Source: a virus. Taken from it: DNA of 64,000 nucleotides. The stretch spans positions 20,407 to 84,406 of the IMG/VR virus record IMGVR_UViG_3300036770_008728; one strand, written 5' to 3'. Below are positions 39,534 through 49,768 of this stretch, piece after piece. The notes beneath the pieces were generated by a model. The model was not told where the DNA came from, ran no database searches, and was given only the letters and a program-made list of their open reading frames with translations. Position 1 is the first letter of the stretch. Each line of letters starts with the position of its first letter. Made by a program: the position numbers and the translations under genes.

Positions 39534-39708
39534 TTACACTTGTCCTCAGCTAATACCTCGTAACATTGGTCAACCCCCGGTACTGGGGGTTTCTTTGAGG
39601 TTTAGCTTGAGACTGAGCGTATCGGCCTTGGACCTTCCAAGGTTCAATTCCGATGCTCTTAGCATCTCCACAATCTGGGATTAACAATCATAATCGAGGT
39701 AAAAAATC

Positions 39709-40662
39709 ATGACTATGAACATTGACGCCATGATCGCAAACGCTAATCAATCTGCTAATCAACAAACTCAACAAGCGGTCACTATCGACCAGACCGTTGT
39801 CCACACTCAAACTGTAAATCAAGCTCAGAATACCCAGGTAGACGTCGTTGACGACGAAGAAGCTGAACTGATGCGTCAGTTAGAAGCCAAACGTGCGGCG
39901 AAAGCGGCCGCGGCAGCGCAAGCAGCCAGCCCTCAAGCCGGCCAAGCTGTGAGTCAGGTTCAACCACAGTATCTGCCTGCAGGTGCCCAGCAAACTGTCG
40001 CTGTTCAGCAAAATGCTCAGGTCCCTGTTGCAGGTGCCACCGGTGCGGCGGCTCTGCCAGCGCACTTAGCGGCGTCGTTAATGCAGCCGATGAGCATGGA
40101 TATGGAAACCTTCATGTCCATGGGGATGTCGGTGGACCTGTGGCTGAAGCCAAGTTATGCCGGCCTGACTGTGGGTGACAATGCCACACCAGTACCTCAC
40201 ATGGATGTCGTTATTGATATGACTGAAAAAGTGGGTTTCCAGCTGGCCATGGCTATTCGTTATGGCAGTGAGCCAAATGTGAAGTACGACTACACCCATG
40301 ACTGCGTGACAAACAAAGATGGCCGCCCTTGGGCGGATGCTTTGGCTTTAGCATATCAACTGGATCCTAAAGTCAGCCCATACCGCTGCGTTCAGCTGCC
40401 GATGGTCGTGGCAGACGAAACTAAAAACTTCCAGAACCAGGTTGTTGCCCTGCCGGGTCAAACCGTGGGTTACACCACCGCTGTTACCGGTTGGAGTGCA
40501 TGGCAGAACTTCTACATGCAAGTTCAACGGGCAGGACTACTGGGCCATAAGGTGAAAGTTCGCCTGACCAACGAAGCGAAAATGAAAGACACCAACAAAT
40601 GGGGTCTGATTAAGTTTGAGCTTCTGGGTGTTGCTGACGCGACACAGCAAAAAACAGCGTAA
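39709..40662 (+). CDS. Putative ssDNA-binding/annealing protein with Gln/Ala-rich N-terminus
   Basis: Position before exonuclease and polymerase; beta-rich C-domain; function inferred. Confidence 0.45.
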   Translation: MTMNIDAMIANANQSANQQTQQAVTIDQTVVHTQTVNQAQNTQVDVVDDEEAELMRQLEAKRAAKAAAAAQAASPQAGQAVSQVQPQYLPAGAQQTVAVQQNAQVPVAGATGAAALPAHLAASLMQPMSMDMETFMSMGMSVDLWLKPSYAGLTVGDNATPVPHMDVVIDMTEKVGFQLAMAIRYGSEPNVKYDYTHDCVTNKDGRPWADALALAYQLDPKVSPYRCVQLPMVVADETKNFQNQVVALPGQTVGYTTAVTGWSAWQNFYMQVQRAGLLGHKVKVRLTNEAKMKDTNKWGLIKFELLGVADATQQKTA

Positions 40663-40730
40663 TCGCTACCGGAGGCCGGCAAACGCCGGCCTCCACAAAC
40701 AATTCGGATTAACAAACAAGCAGGTGACCT

Positions 40731-41528
40731 ATGCTCCGCATAATCGACGGTAACAACCGTTTCCGTGCTCACTTCGAAAAACAAGGCCCACAGGCCCTCA
40801 GTAATCTCTACAACCACAGCGTGACGTTCAACTCAGGTGACAAAGTGATCTGGGTGTGGGATGCCCCGGGTGGTTCCGGTGCCAGAAAGTCTATTTATCC
40901 GGCCTACAAAGGCGCAACGGATAATATCCCGACAGACCATTTCTTTGAGACCATGAAGTTCTTCAAAGAAATCCTGCGGCATTCAAACTGCCTGCAGATT
41001 GAAGTACCTGAGTTTGAAGCGGATGACGTCATTGCCGCTCTTGCCTTGGGGAGTTCGCAAGAAATACTTATCGACAGTAGTGATGCTGATTTCCTCGTTC
41101 TGGTGAATGACCGGATCCAGAGCACACGAGACCCCATCAAAGGTGTTGATGCTCGGCATGTCCGGCTTTACAAAACGCTGGTGGGTGATACCTCGGATAA
41201 TATTCCGGGCCTTAAAGGTTTTGGGGAGAAGGGCTTTATTACTCTTCCCGACAGCACGAAAGACCTTTTGGTCAGCCACTTCGCAGGAACTCAAAACCTG
41301 ACTGGTGCAGACACCATGCAACTCTGTGGCTTCAAAAAGGCCCAGGCAGCGAACTGGGATTTGATGCAGGCCGACCTTCAAACCTTCTGGCGGATCGTGG
41401 GGTTCTTCGACTTACCGCCTGAACTTCTTCAAAAACATATCACTGCCGGTGTTCACAACCCGCTTGAAGCTCAGAAGCTGTTGGCTTCTCAGCTGATGAC
41501 GATGGCACCGACAATGGGAGCTGTCTAA
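40731..41528 (+). CDS. 5'-3' exonuclease/flap endonuclease (PolI N-domain family)
   Basis: IIDGNN, YPAYK, EADDVIA, DADF, GDTSDNIPGLKGFGEK. Confidence 0.92.
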   Translation: MLRIIDGNNRFRAHFEKQGPQALSNLYNHSVTFNSGDKVIWVWDAPGGSGARKSIYPAYKGATDNIPTDHFFETMKFFKEILRHSNCLQIEVPEFEADDVIAALALGSSQEILIDSSDADFLVLVNDRIQSTRDPIKGVDARHVRLYKTLVGDTSDNIPGLKGFGEKGFITLPDSTKDLLVSHFAGTQNLTGADTMQLCGFKKAQAANWDLMQADLQTFWRIVGFFDLPPELLQKHITAGVHNPLEAQKLLASQLMTMAPTMGAV

Positions 41529-42535
41529 TGCAGAACATCCATGTAGAACTGATTCAGGCCAGCGTAGGCCCGAACGGTATTCCAATCCACACCTTTCGAA
41601 TGACTTACCCGCGGTTTATTCATGCTGAATGTAAGACACACCGGTTACTGAAAATTGACGATGAAAATTGGATTGTCGAGCAGGAACTGGCGCTGATGGA
41701 CGATGTGAACCTGAGCCGTAACGCTGCCAGTAGTCGTGCTATCCCAGTTGAAAAAATGCTGGAACAAATCACCAACCAACCGGCGATGCCCGTGCACTGG
41801 GGTAAAAATCAGTCCGGTATGCAGGCTCGGGAAGAGTTAAGTCCAGAAGAAGCGTCAGCAGCTGAAGTGTGGTGGCGCCAGGGTGCCCAGCTGATGGTGG
41901 ACCACGTTCGTAACTGTCCCGTCCCTCTGCACAAGCAGGTTATCAACCGGCCGCTGGAAACGTGGATGCTAATGACCGTTGTCGTCACCGCAACCGACTG
42001 GAACAACTGGCGGGCGTTAAGAGCGCACCCTGATGCACAGCCGGAGATTTATGAGCTGGCCAAGCAAGTGGTTGAGCTGCTGGACAACACCGAGCCATTT
42101 CAGTTGAGAGCTGGTGATCTGCATGTGCCGTTTGTTGAGAGGCAGCGTGAACCTGAGGGGTACCTTCATTATTTCATTGTTGAAAACGATGGCACCCGTG
42201 TCTACCTGAACTCAGACCAAGTACTTCAAGTCTCAGCCAGTTGCTCGGCTCAAACCAGTTTCCGTGCTTTGGACTTCTCGTTGGACAAGGCCCAGCGGAT
42301 CTACAAAAAACTGGTGGAAGACCGTCCGGTCCACGCCTCTCCATTTGAACATCAGGCCATAGCTTTGTTTAGTGACGAAGATATCAAAGTCCGGACTATC
42401 AATGGTATCTGTGGGGGGCTCGAATTCCCTGAAGGCATCACCCATATCGACAGAAACCTTGAACTGTGGTCAGGCAATCTGCGTGGCTGGGTACAACATC
42501 GTCAACTCATCAATGGCCACCATGTGCCAGGTTAA
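41528..42535 (+). CDS. thyX: Flavin-dependent thymidylate synthase (phage ThyX-like)
   Basis: RFIHAE..THR, SRNAASSRAIP, AQPEI, HASPFEH. Confidence 0.75.
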   Translation: MQNIHVELIQASVGPNGIPIHTFRMTYPRFIHAECKTHRLLKIDDENWIVEQELALMDDVNLSRNAASSRAIPVEKMLEQITNQPAMPVHWGKNQSGMQAREELSPEEASAAEVWWRQGAQLMVDHVRNCPVPLHKQVINRPLETWMLMTVVVTATDWNNWRALRAHPDAQPEIYELAKQVVELLDNTEPFQLRAGDLHVPFVERQREPEGYLHYFIVENDGTRVYLNSDQVLQVSASCSAQTSFRALDFSLDKAQRIYKKLVEDRPVHASPFEHQAIALFSDEDIKVRTINGICGGLEFPEGITHIDRNLELWSGNLRGWVQHRQLINGHHVPG

Positions 42536-42544
42536 GGACCTCCT

Positions 42545-43459
42545 ATGTTTTTTGAAAATCTGAAGATTTACCGTGTGACTGAAAAGCTCCCGTTTGTTAA
42601 AGACGAAGACGCGCTTCAAGCCCAGTTGGAAGAGCATCAGTTCACTCCCTGCATGGCACATGACATGTTGAAGATGGGCTTTGTATCTCCGTTGGTTCCT
42701 GGCGGTAAGCAGCTGTTCCGAAACGTCGGCGGTAACTACTACTTTGCCCTGAAGCGTCAGTGGAAGGTGTTGAAGTCCACCATGATCAACGAGCAGCTGC
42801 AGCCGCAGATCACCCAGAAAGAACAGGAACGGGGCCGGCCGCTGGGACGTAAAGAAAAGTCGGGTCTGAAAGATGAAACCATCCAAAGTCTGTTGCCACG
42901 GGCGTTGACCGAATCATCTACTATCGTTGGGATGTATGTCCCGGCGAAAGACCTGCTGATTTTCAATACCAGCAGTCATGGCCGTGCTGAAGACTTTATG
43001 GCTTTGTTACGTAAAGCTCTGGGCAGTTTACCCGCGGTACCATGGTTTGATGCGAACAAACTGTCCTTTGCAATGAATTCCTGGTTGGGCCAACAACACC
43101 TGCCACAGGATTTTGTGCTGGGTCACACCGTAGAGCTGAAAGCGCCCGATGAAGACGGTGCAGTGGCACAGTTCAAATCTCACCTGTTGACCGGCGCCGA
43201 CGTTCAAAGCCATTTAGAAGACAAAATGGTGACGAAGCTGGAGCTCTATAAGCCTGAGCATTTAAGTTTCACGATTGTTGAAGATGGCCGGATCTGCAAA
43301 CTCCGCTGGCGAGAGCTCCTTATTAACCAGAACGATGAGCTGGGCTGGGAAGATTTGGAGGCCCGACTTGAAGCAGACAGTCTGCTGATGTTGGATACCA
43401 TTACAACTTTGTTGGACAAACTGACGGGCTCAATGCAAGCCGTTGACGACGCAGCGTGA
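42545..43459 (+). CDS. rdgC: Recombination-associated protein RdgC
   Basis: MFFENLKIYR, FTPC, GFVSP, LLPRA, LLRKALGSLP; 304 aa. Confidence 0.9.
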   Translation: MFFENLKIYRVTEKLPFVKDEDALQAQLEEHQFTPCMAHDMLKMGFVSPLVPGGKQLFRNVGGNYYFALKRQWKVLKSTMINEQLQPQITQKEQERGRPLGRKEKSGLKDETIQSLLPRALTESSTIVGMYVPAKDLLIFNTSSHGRAEDFMALLRKALGSLPAVPWFDANKLSFAMNSWLGQQHLPQDFVLGHTVELKAPDEDGAVAQFKSHLLTGADVQSHLEDKMVTKLELYKPEHLSFTIVEDGRICKLRWRELLINQNDELGWEDLEARLEADSLLMLDTITTLLDKLTGSMQAVDDAA

Positions 43460-43465
43460 CAATCA

Positions 43466-43490
43466 GGGTGGCTTCGGCCACCCCTTTAAA
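43466..43490 (+). terminator. Intrinsic terminator-like hairpin
   Basis: GGGTGGC-TTCG-GCCACCC then CTTT. Confidence 0.6.
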
Positions 43491-43507
43491 ATTTGGGATT
43501 AGCAAAC

Positions 43508-46348
43508 ATGCGGTTATTTAACGAAATCACAGGGCGCTGGGAGCAGTTGGTCGATGCCACCAATATGCACATCTTCATCCCCCAGATTGTAGCGATATTG
43601 CGTGATGAGAGCCGGCCAAGCAAGTTCGTTGGGTTCGATATCGAAAGTCAGGACAGCAAGCGCCACGCTGGCCTGAACGAATTCATGAAGCTCGATGCCG
43701 AGTCCGAGGAGTACAAGCGGGCGAAGAAGCTGGTATTCGACTTACGCCGGACAGAAATCACGGGTTTTTCGATTTACCCAGACAATCTGGATACCTGTTA
43801 TTACCTCAATGCAGCTCATGCCGACGTAGAAAATCGAATCCCCCGGGAAATTCTGCTGGAGCTGCTGCAAATTATCAAAGACACCAGCTTCTGGGTCATC
43901 CACAACGCGGCATTCGAAATAGCGAGCTTTAAAGCCTCCTGGGGCTTTGATATTGGTACGAATTACATCTGTACGATGCAGCTTTGTGTCAGTGCCTATA
44001 ACTCCGATGAGTACTCGGTAGATACTTTTGCTCGGGCCGGCCTCGGTGGTATCCAAATTCTGTTGCCGGCAATCAACCGGGCCTTTGCCGGCTACCAACC
44101 GAAAACTCCGCTCACCGCAGAGCAGAAAGACCTGCTGACGAAAGTAACCTCTAAAACCTCCGAATCGGCCCACAGCTACAACGGATATGTCCGGTCACTT
44201 GCCTACGGCTACGGTTTGAAAAAAGCGGTGAAAAGCTGGTTTGGCTACGACCAGGTGGAATTCGAAACGGTGCTCAACGGTAAAGCTCACATGGGCTTAC
44301 TGACCGGGCCTGAAGTCCTGCACTACGGCGCCGACGATGCTTACTGGTGTTTGGCGTTGATGAAGCGCGTCATGCAGTTTATGCAGGAAACTAACCCTCA
44401 GGTGATTGAGACTTTTTTCCGGCAAGAAAATCCGATGCCGGCTATCTGGGCGGACTGTTGGGTGCGGGGTCTTCGAGTCAACAAACCGGCGATTGATGCC
44501 CGCACCGAAGAGGCTCGGGGCAAGTATGCCAGGGTTATCCGAGACCTGATTGAAGCCCTTCGCCATTTTCAGTTCCCGGAATATGCCAGTCCACGAATGG
44601 TGGAACGGGAAGCTAAGTGGTATGTCGGTGAAGTGAAGGACAAAAAGACCAAGCAAGTGACCGGGCCGGCCAACAAGTATCTGGAGTACCGTGAGAAGTT
44701 TAAGGCGCTCATGAGTCTCGATACTGAGTCCATGTCAGATTACGACATCTGCAAAGCGCTGTCCTCTTCGGTGTCCCAGCAATGGCAGGTGGAACGAAAA
44801 GAGAAGCCGGCAAAAGACCAGCTCAACATCGTCCATTACATGGCAACCCGTGTGCTCTACCACGACCTGATGAACCTGCCCTATGTGTTCGTGAAGGGTA
44901 ACATCCAATCTGGCGCTGAGGCCCGCGGTAAGCTGCGTGAATTCATCAACGAACTGACGACAGACACCACCCGCTGGATTAAAGAACTGAGCCGGTACAA
45001 AGCGTGGCCAATCCCCGAAGGTATGACGCAAAGCGCTTATGCCGAGTTCTTACGTGGCGGCTATCAAAAAAATGCGGCCATCGCGGTTCTGGATTGTTTG
45101 GACAAGCTGGCCAACATCGAGCAGACGATGAAGTTGTACCTTCGTTCATACCTGCTTTTGACTGATCCAGACACAAACCGGATGTACCCCTCAATCAGTA
45201 GCCGGTTAAACACTCGCCGTATGGCAGGTGAGAACCCGAACCCGATGCAGTTGGCCAAGCGTGGTGAGAGTACGTTCGTGCGGGGTTTCTTCCTGCCGGA
45301 ACGCGATGACCATGTGTATGTCTCTGTGGACTGGTCACAGGTAGAACTGGTGCTCATTGGTGAGGAATCCAAAGACCCAGGCTTTCACAAGGCTTACGGC
45401 CAGTTACCTTACAACGATTTACACGTTGGCGCTGCAGCTGCAGCTGTCAAGGTTTACCACCCGGATTTCACTGAAACAGACTTATCCAATATGCGGATGG
45501 ACGATGCTGAGCTGCAGCAGCGCCTGGTTGATGCCTTTCCGATGGCATTTGTCGACCCAGTTAAACAGGTGCCGATGAATGGCAAAGCCGCATATAAGTT
45601 CTGGCGGGGTAATGCCGGTAAAACTTCAAACTTCGGTTACTGGTACTCAGGCTCCCTGATGACGGTGCAAGGTCCGCTTGGTTGGACAGACAAACAAATG
45701 TGGGAAGCGACCGATAACTACCGGAAGAAATTCCCTGTGGCTGAGCAGTGGCGCCTAAACACCATTGAAGAAGTCAGAGCTTATGGTCATGTATTTATTT
45801 TTGATGGTCACCGCAGAACCCGATTTGAAGGCACGATGCACTGGCGCCAGTTGTTTATGGCTAAGTGGGCGTCAATGGGGTCACCCGCAATCACGGCCTT
45901 TGGTGAGCTTGTCTGCAACACCATTCAGCGCCGTGCCGGCAACCAGGGTGTAAACGCCAAAATCCAAGGTGGCTGTGCAACGTTGGCCAAACGCTCAATC
46001 CTGCGACTGTACAACATCATCAAAGACGAGGGCTGGGATGCCTATTTCTGTCTGCCTATCCACGATGAATTGATTTTTTCAGTTCAGAAAGACCAGGCGA
46101 TTGATTTCAGTTACCGGATCCGTGAAGTGATGTGTGACCACCCTGATTTAGTTCAATGGCTGAAGCTGGATGGCACCATTTCTGTGGGCCGGACACTGGA
46201 GGCTTACCATCCAGAGAAGTCGCCTCAGGGCCAGATTGAGCTGGATGAAGCTCCGTTCATCGAAGGTTACTTGCCTCGGGAGTTCGAAGGTAAAGCGCTG
46301 CCGGATGAGTACCGTCGCAAAGCGGTCGAGTACCTGTTCCATGCGTAG
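43508..46348 (+). CDS. DNA polymerase family A with 3'-5' exonuclease
   Basis: FDIE, HNAAFE and YGADD exonuclease motifs; DWSQVEL, KTSNFGYWY, IQG and IHDEL polymerase motifs. Confidence 0.93.
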   Translation: MRLFNEITGRWEQLVDATNMHIFIPQIVAILRDESRPSKFVGFDIESQDSKRHAGLNEFMKLDAESEEYKRAKKLVFDLRRTEITGFSIYPDNLDTCYYLNAAHADVENRIPREILLELLQIIKDTSFWVIHNAAFEIASFKASWGFDIGTNYICTMQLCVSAYNSDEYSVDTFARAGLGGIQILLPAINRAFAGYQPKTPLTAEQKDLLTKVTSKTSESAHSYNGYVRSLAYGYGLKKAVKSWFGYDQVEFETVLNGKAHMGLLTGPEVLHYGADDAYWCLALMKRVMQFMQETNPQVIETFFRQENPMPAIWADCWVRGLRVNKPAIDARTEEARGKYARVIRDLIEALRHFQFPEYASPRMVEREAKWYVGEVKDKKTKQVTGPANKYLEYREKFKALMSLDTESMSDYDICKALSSSVSQQWQVERKEKPAKDQLNIVHYMATRVLYHDLMNLPYVFVKGNIQSGAEARGKLREFINELTTDTTRWIKELSRYKAWPIPEGMTQSAYAEFLRGGYQKNAAIAVLDCLDKLANIEQTMKLYLRSYLLLTDPDTNRMYPSISSRLNTRRMAGENPNPMQLAKRGESTFVRGFFLPERDDHVYVSVDWSQVELVLIGEESKDPGFHKAYGQLPYNDLHVGAAAAAVKVYHPDFTETDLSNMRMDDAELQQRLVDAFPMAFVDPVKQVPMNGKAAYKFWRGNAGKTSNFGYWYSGSLMTVQGPLGWTDKQMWEATDNYRKKFPVAEQWRLNTIEEVRAYGHVFIFDGHRRTRFEGTMHWRQLFMAKWASMGSPAITAFGELVCNTIQRRAGNQGVNAKIQGGCATLAKRSILRLYNIIKDEGWDAYFCLPIHDELIFSVQKDQAIDFSYRIREVMCDHPDLVQWLKLDGTISVGRTLEAYHPEKSPQGQIELDEAPFIEGYLPREFEGKALPDEYRRKAVEYLFHA

Positions 46349-46727
46349 ACCCGGACCACCCCTGACACTGAAGTTTAACCCCGCGTTACGCCAGAAAATC
46401 ACGGTGGGACCTACGGGCCGCTTCGTTGACCCTCATACGCTCTACCAAGCGGGCCGGCGAGTGAATCAGCTTTTTTCGTTAGGGAAGTTCGGGATCTGGA
46501 ATAACCGGCCAGTTCGAATCACAGGCGCTGTGAACTACAGCGTTCTGTGGATTCAGTTTTACGACCGGCCGGATAAACCAGAGATGATGGTGTGGGCTCG
46601 GGATGTAGATGTGTTAGAGGCATATCCGTACCGTTCTCACAAGTATGAGCCTCGTGAAGCTGCAGCCGCCGAGGAGTTCAATCCTCCGGAGCGGTTCGCA
46701 GATCCATACGAAGAGGGTTGGTGGTGA
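46341..46727 (+). CDS. Hypothetical protein
   Basis: ATG overlapping the polymerase stop region. Confidence 0.5.
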   Translation: MRRPGPPLTLKFNPALRQKITVGPTGRFVDPHTLYQAGRRVNQLFSLGKFGIWNNRPVRITGAVNYSVLWIQFYDRPDKPEMMVWARDVDVLEAYPYRSHKYEPREAAAAEEFNPPERFADPYEEGWW

Positions 46728-47359
46728 AAAAAGACTTTCAACACAGTGACTCAGGTACCGATGAGGAACTGAAGAATCTATGGCAAACGCCGCCTTTTGT
46801 CAGAGCCTGGGTGATGAATCAATACCTGATTGGCTTTGATACCGCGGCGGATGCTGACAACTGTCTGGTACCGAACTTCTGGTGCGAGGAAGACAGTGCA
46901 CTGGAAAAGATGTGGTACCCATTGTCGGACCCCAATGCGTGGTACTGGTGCAATCCACCATACGACAACATTGACCCATGGGTGCAGAAAGCTGTCCAGT
47001 CAATGGTGCTGGGTGGTCGGGTGCTTATGCTGGTGCCGTGTGACTTGACGACAGATTGGGCGGGGATGTCTATCAACATGTCCACCATGATTAATCATCT
47101 GACGGGGCTCCGCATTAATTTCTCTGATCCCATGGCACCAAAGACGGGGAAGGAACGGAGCCAAAACAATAAGGGTTCAGTGCTGTATGAGTTTGATGGT
47201 CACTGCTTTGAGTACAGCGGCCAAAAGCGCACGACCTATCTGAACTGCAGAGAAATTAAACGGGTGGGGAATTTACTACTGAAATCAGTCAGTGATGACC
47301 TGTGCCGGCTGAGAACTCCATTTGCAGAACTGATTCAACCAGTAAGACCAAATTTATAG
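46718..47359 (+). CDS. Phage Dam-like N6-adenine DNA methyltransferase
   Basis: WQTP, DTAA, WCNPPY, PWVQKA. Confidence 0.88.
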   Translation: MVVKKDFQHSDSGTDEELKNLWQTPPFVRAWVMNQYLIGFDTAADADNCLVPNFWCEEDSALEKMWYPLSDPNAWYWCNPPYDNIDPWVQKAVQSMVLGGRVLMLVPCDLTTDWAGMSINMSTMINHLTGLRINFSDPMAPKTGKERSQNNKGSVLYEFDGHCFEYSGQKRTTYLNCREIKRVGNLLLKSVSDDLCRLRTPFAELIQPVRPNL

Positions 47360-47371
47360 GATTAACAAAAC

Positions 47372-48214
47372 ATGACGAACGTTGCTGAAATTTTCCAACC
47401 GGCCGAGGCCGTTGAGATTCCGAATTACAGTCTGGCTGAGCTGGTGGGTATGCTGGCCCAGAAGGTCGATAGTGAAGCTGACGATTACAATGCTCTGGCA
47501 GACCACGCCGATAACCTGGCCTTGGAACTAAAGGGGATTCAAACGTTGCTGGCTAAGACCACACAGGAACTGGCCGACGAGAAAGACCGTTCGGCCTCGG
47601 TGATTGCCGGCAACACCCTACTTCGTAATGAGCTGGCCGAATCGAAAGAATCTGACCGCAAAGCTCGGGTTGCTTTTGATGTGGCCACCGAAAAGCTGAA
47701 AAAACAGGCACAACAAATCAGTGAACTGGAGCGGGCACTGAAGGCCCTGAAAGAGTGTGGTGACCCTAAAAAGTTGCTGGAGCAAAACAAGAACCTGCGT
47801 CAGCGGAATTCTGAGCTGATGGATTTGAACGAAGGGCTCAAGAAGCAAAACAAATCCTATGAGTCCAGCCACAAAGAGCTGATTGATAAGGCCGAGTTCA
47901 GCCAGCTGCCGAGCTACACGTCACCAAGCAATGAGCAACTGTTCATTCATCCTAATCTGGTGACCTGTGATACGCCTGAAGGCCCGCGTCGTCGTGTTGC
48001 ACTGACCTACTGGAACTGCCAGGGTATCGGCCGGTTGGTGACATGGAATGGTTCGGTGCCCCAGTTCGCCAGCTTCAAGCACAAATCGGTAGACGAGCGC
48101 TGGGCACCTTCACCGGAAGCCGTAGCCTGGGCAACGAAGTGGTTTGAAGACCATGTGATGGAGCAAGGTGGCCATCAGGTGATCCGTTCTAAATTCCAGA
48201 TTAAGGCGCGTTAA
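47372..48214 (+). CDS. Coiled-coil protein
   Basis: Heptad-rich middle; leader motif. Confidence 0.7.
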   Translation: MTNVAEIFQPAEAVEIPNYSLAELVGMLAQKVDSEADDYNALADHADNLALELKGIQTLLAKTTQELADEKDRSASVIAGNTLLRNELAESKESDRKARVAFDVATEKLKKQAQQISELERALKALKECGDPKKLLEQNKNLRQRNSELMDLNEGLKKQNKSYESSHKELIDKAEFSQLPSYTSPSNEQLFIHPNLVTCDTPEGPRRRVALTYWNCQGIGRLVTWNGSVPQFASFKHKSVDERWAPSPEAVAWATKWFEDHVMEQGGHQVIRSKFQIKAR

Positions 48215-48215
48215 G

Positions 48216-48518
48216 ATGGAAATTGTAGACAGCCCCCCTATCATGGGGATGAAGTTTGATTCAGAAAAACCGCGGATGGACTTACTCCCGCCACGGGCGA
48301 TTGTCGATGTCGCACAGGTCCTGACGTTCGGCGCCAAGAAGTATTCACCGGGTAACTGGAAGCGTGTTGAAAACGCTGAAGAACGTTATATGGCCGCGGC
48401 ACTGAGACATCTGATGGCTCACCAAGCTGGGGAACGGATAGATCCGGAGTCAGGACTCAGCCATTTATCTCACGCCACCACCTGTCTGTTGTTTATTCAG
48501 GAGCTGAGCCATGGATGA
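48216..48518 (+). CDS. dATP/dGTP diphosphohydrolase-domain protein (DUF5664-like)
   Basis: KFDSEKPRMDLLP, GAKKY..NW, AALRH, DPESGLSHL. Confidence 0.8.
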   Translation: MEIVDSPPIMGMKFDSEKPRMDLLPPRAIVDVAQVLTFGAKKYSPGNWKRVENAEERYMAAALRHLMAHQAGERIDPESGLSHLSHATTCLLFIQELSHG

Positions 48519-48948
48519 CAATAAGTGGTTCCACCGCTGGATGCGTATCGCCAAAGAAGCGGCCAGCTGGAGTAAGGACCCCAGTACGAAGGTAGGCGCG
48601 GTGATTTATGATGAACAGAACACGCCACATTCGATGGGGTATAACGGGTTTGCTCGGGGTGTTGATGACACTGATGAGCGATTGCTCAATAAAGAGCAAA
48701 AGTATAAATTGGTCGTCCACGCTGAAGCCAATGCCATTTTAAATGCAACGAGAACGGGAGCCCGGTTAGCCGGCTGTACCATGGTGGTCACTCATCCGCC
48801 GTGCCCCGCCTGTGCCTCGATGATCATTCAAGCTGGCATTACTCGGGTAGTGACCGCAATCCCTGAAAAAGATTTTAGTCACTGGAACCCAGAGCTCTCG
48901 GCTAAAATCTTTAAAGAAGCAGGGGTTCAGTTCCTGGCCCTGCCATAA
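48511..48948 (+). CDS. dCMP deaminase
   Basis: SKDPSTKVGA, GYNG, HAEANA, PCPAC. Confidence 0.92.
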   Translation: MDDNKWFHRWMRIAKEAASWSKDPSTKVGAVIYDEQNTPHSMGYNGFARGVDDTDERLLNKEQKYKLVVHAEANAILNATRTGARLAGCTMVVTHPPCPACASMIIQAGITRVVTAIPEKDFSHWNPELSAKIFKEAGVQFLALP

Positions 48949-48962
48949 AATTAGGGATCATC

Positions 48963-49544
48963 ATGGATAACCGGATGCAGTGTTTTTCACTGTTGAGCCA
49001 GTATGTGCCGGTCTTTTTGGACACGGAAACTACCGGACTGGATACCACCGCTGAGGTGCTTGAAATCAGTGTGGTGGACTGGAATGGTAATGTGCTGCTC
49101 GATACGTTGGTGAAGCCGAAAGGTTTAATCTCACCCGCTGCCTCGGCTATCCATGGTATCACTGCAGAGATGGTAGCTAACGCACCAACCTGGCCAGAAG
49201 TTCTGCCACAGCTGCAGCAAGTTCTGGCAGATAAAATGGGTGTGACCTACAACGCCGCGTTTGACCTGCGAATGATGCTTCAGAGCTCTGAGGCTTGGGG
49301 TTTGACACCTGAACCCTGTTTCGGCGCCAAAACCTTTTTCTGTGCGATGTTGGAGTACGCCCATTGGCGCAATCTTCCGGATTTTTACCGTAAACGAAAC
49401 AAATGGATAAAGCTGGAAGAAGCCTGCAGACATGAGGGGGTCGTATTACTGAATGCCCACCGTGCACTGGCCGACTGCTACATGACGCTGAACCTGGTTC
49501 GGGCCGTCCTACATAAAATTTACTATCAGAACATGACGAGGTAG
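48963..49544 (+). CDS. DEDDh 3'-5' exonuclease (DnaQ-like)
   Basis: LDTETTG, IHGIT, YNAAFD, HRALAD. Confidence 0.92.
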   Translation: MDNRMQCFSLLSQYVPVFLDTETTGLDTTAEVLEISVVDWNGNVLLDTLVKPKGLISPAASAIHGITAEMVANAPTWPEVLPQLQQVLADKMGVTYNAAFDLRMMLQSSEAWGLTPEPCFGAKTFFCAMLEYAHWRNLPDFYRKRNKWIKLEEACRHEGVVLLNAHRALADCYMTLNLVRAVLHKIYYQNMTR

Positions 49545-49768
49545 CCGTGAGTGTCGGGTCTTTAATCGTGGGTCTGTGTTTTCTGGCCGCTGGGATTGGC
49601 GGCTTCATCTTGGGTTACTTAGAAAAAAAGTCTGAAGCTGCAGAGCTCAGGCGATTCGGTGCCCCCGGTAATTTAGCGACCGATAGAAGGGAGAGTTCGG
49701 AGGATCCGACTATTCCCTTTGGCTGATTTTAAGACTACCATTTAATAACAATTTGAGGATTAACAACT

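Noticed and set aside
23128-40694. N4-type hairpin promoters
   Set aside because: No virion RNA polymerase gene in the window, and loops are 4-5 nt rather than the N4 3-nt loop; the rest of the prophage is unseen, so this is not fully excluded.
43508-46348. Intein or intron in the long DNA polymerase
   Set aside because: The frame is uninterrupted, and I saw no LAGLIDADG/HNH motif or intein C...HN(C/S/T) boundaries.
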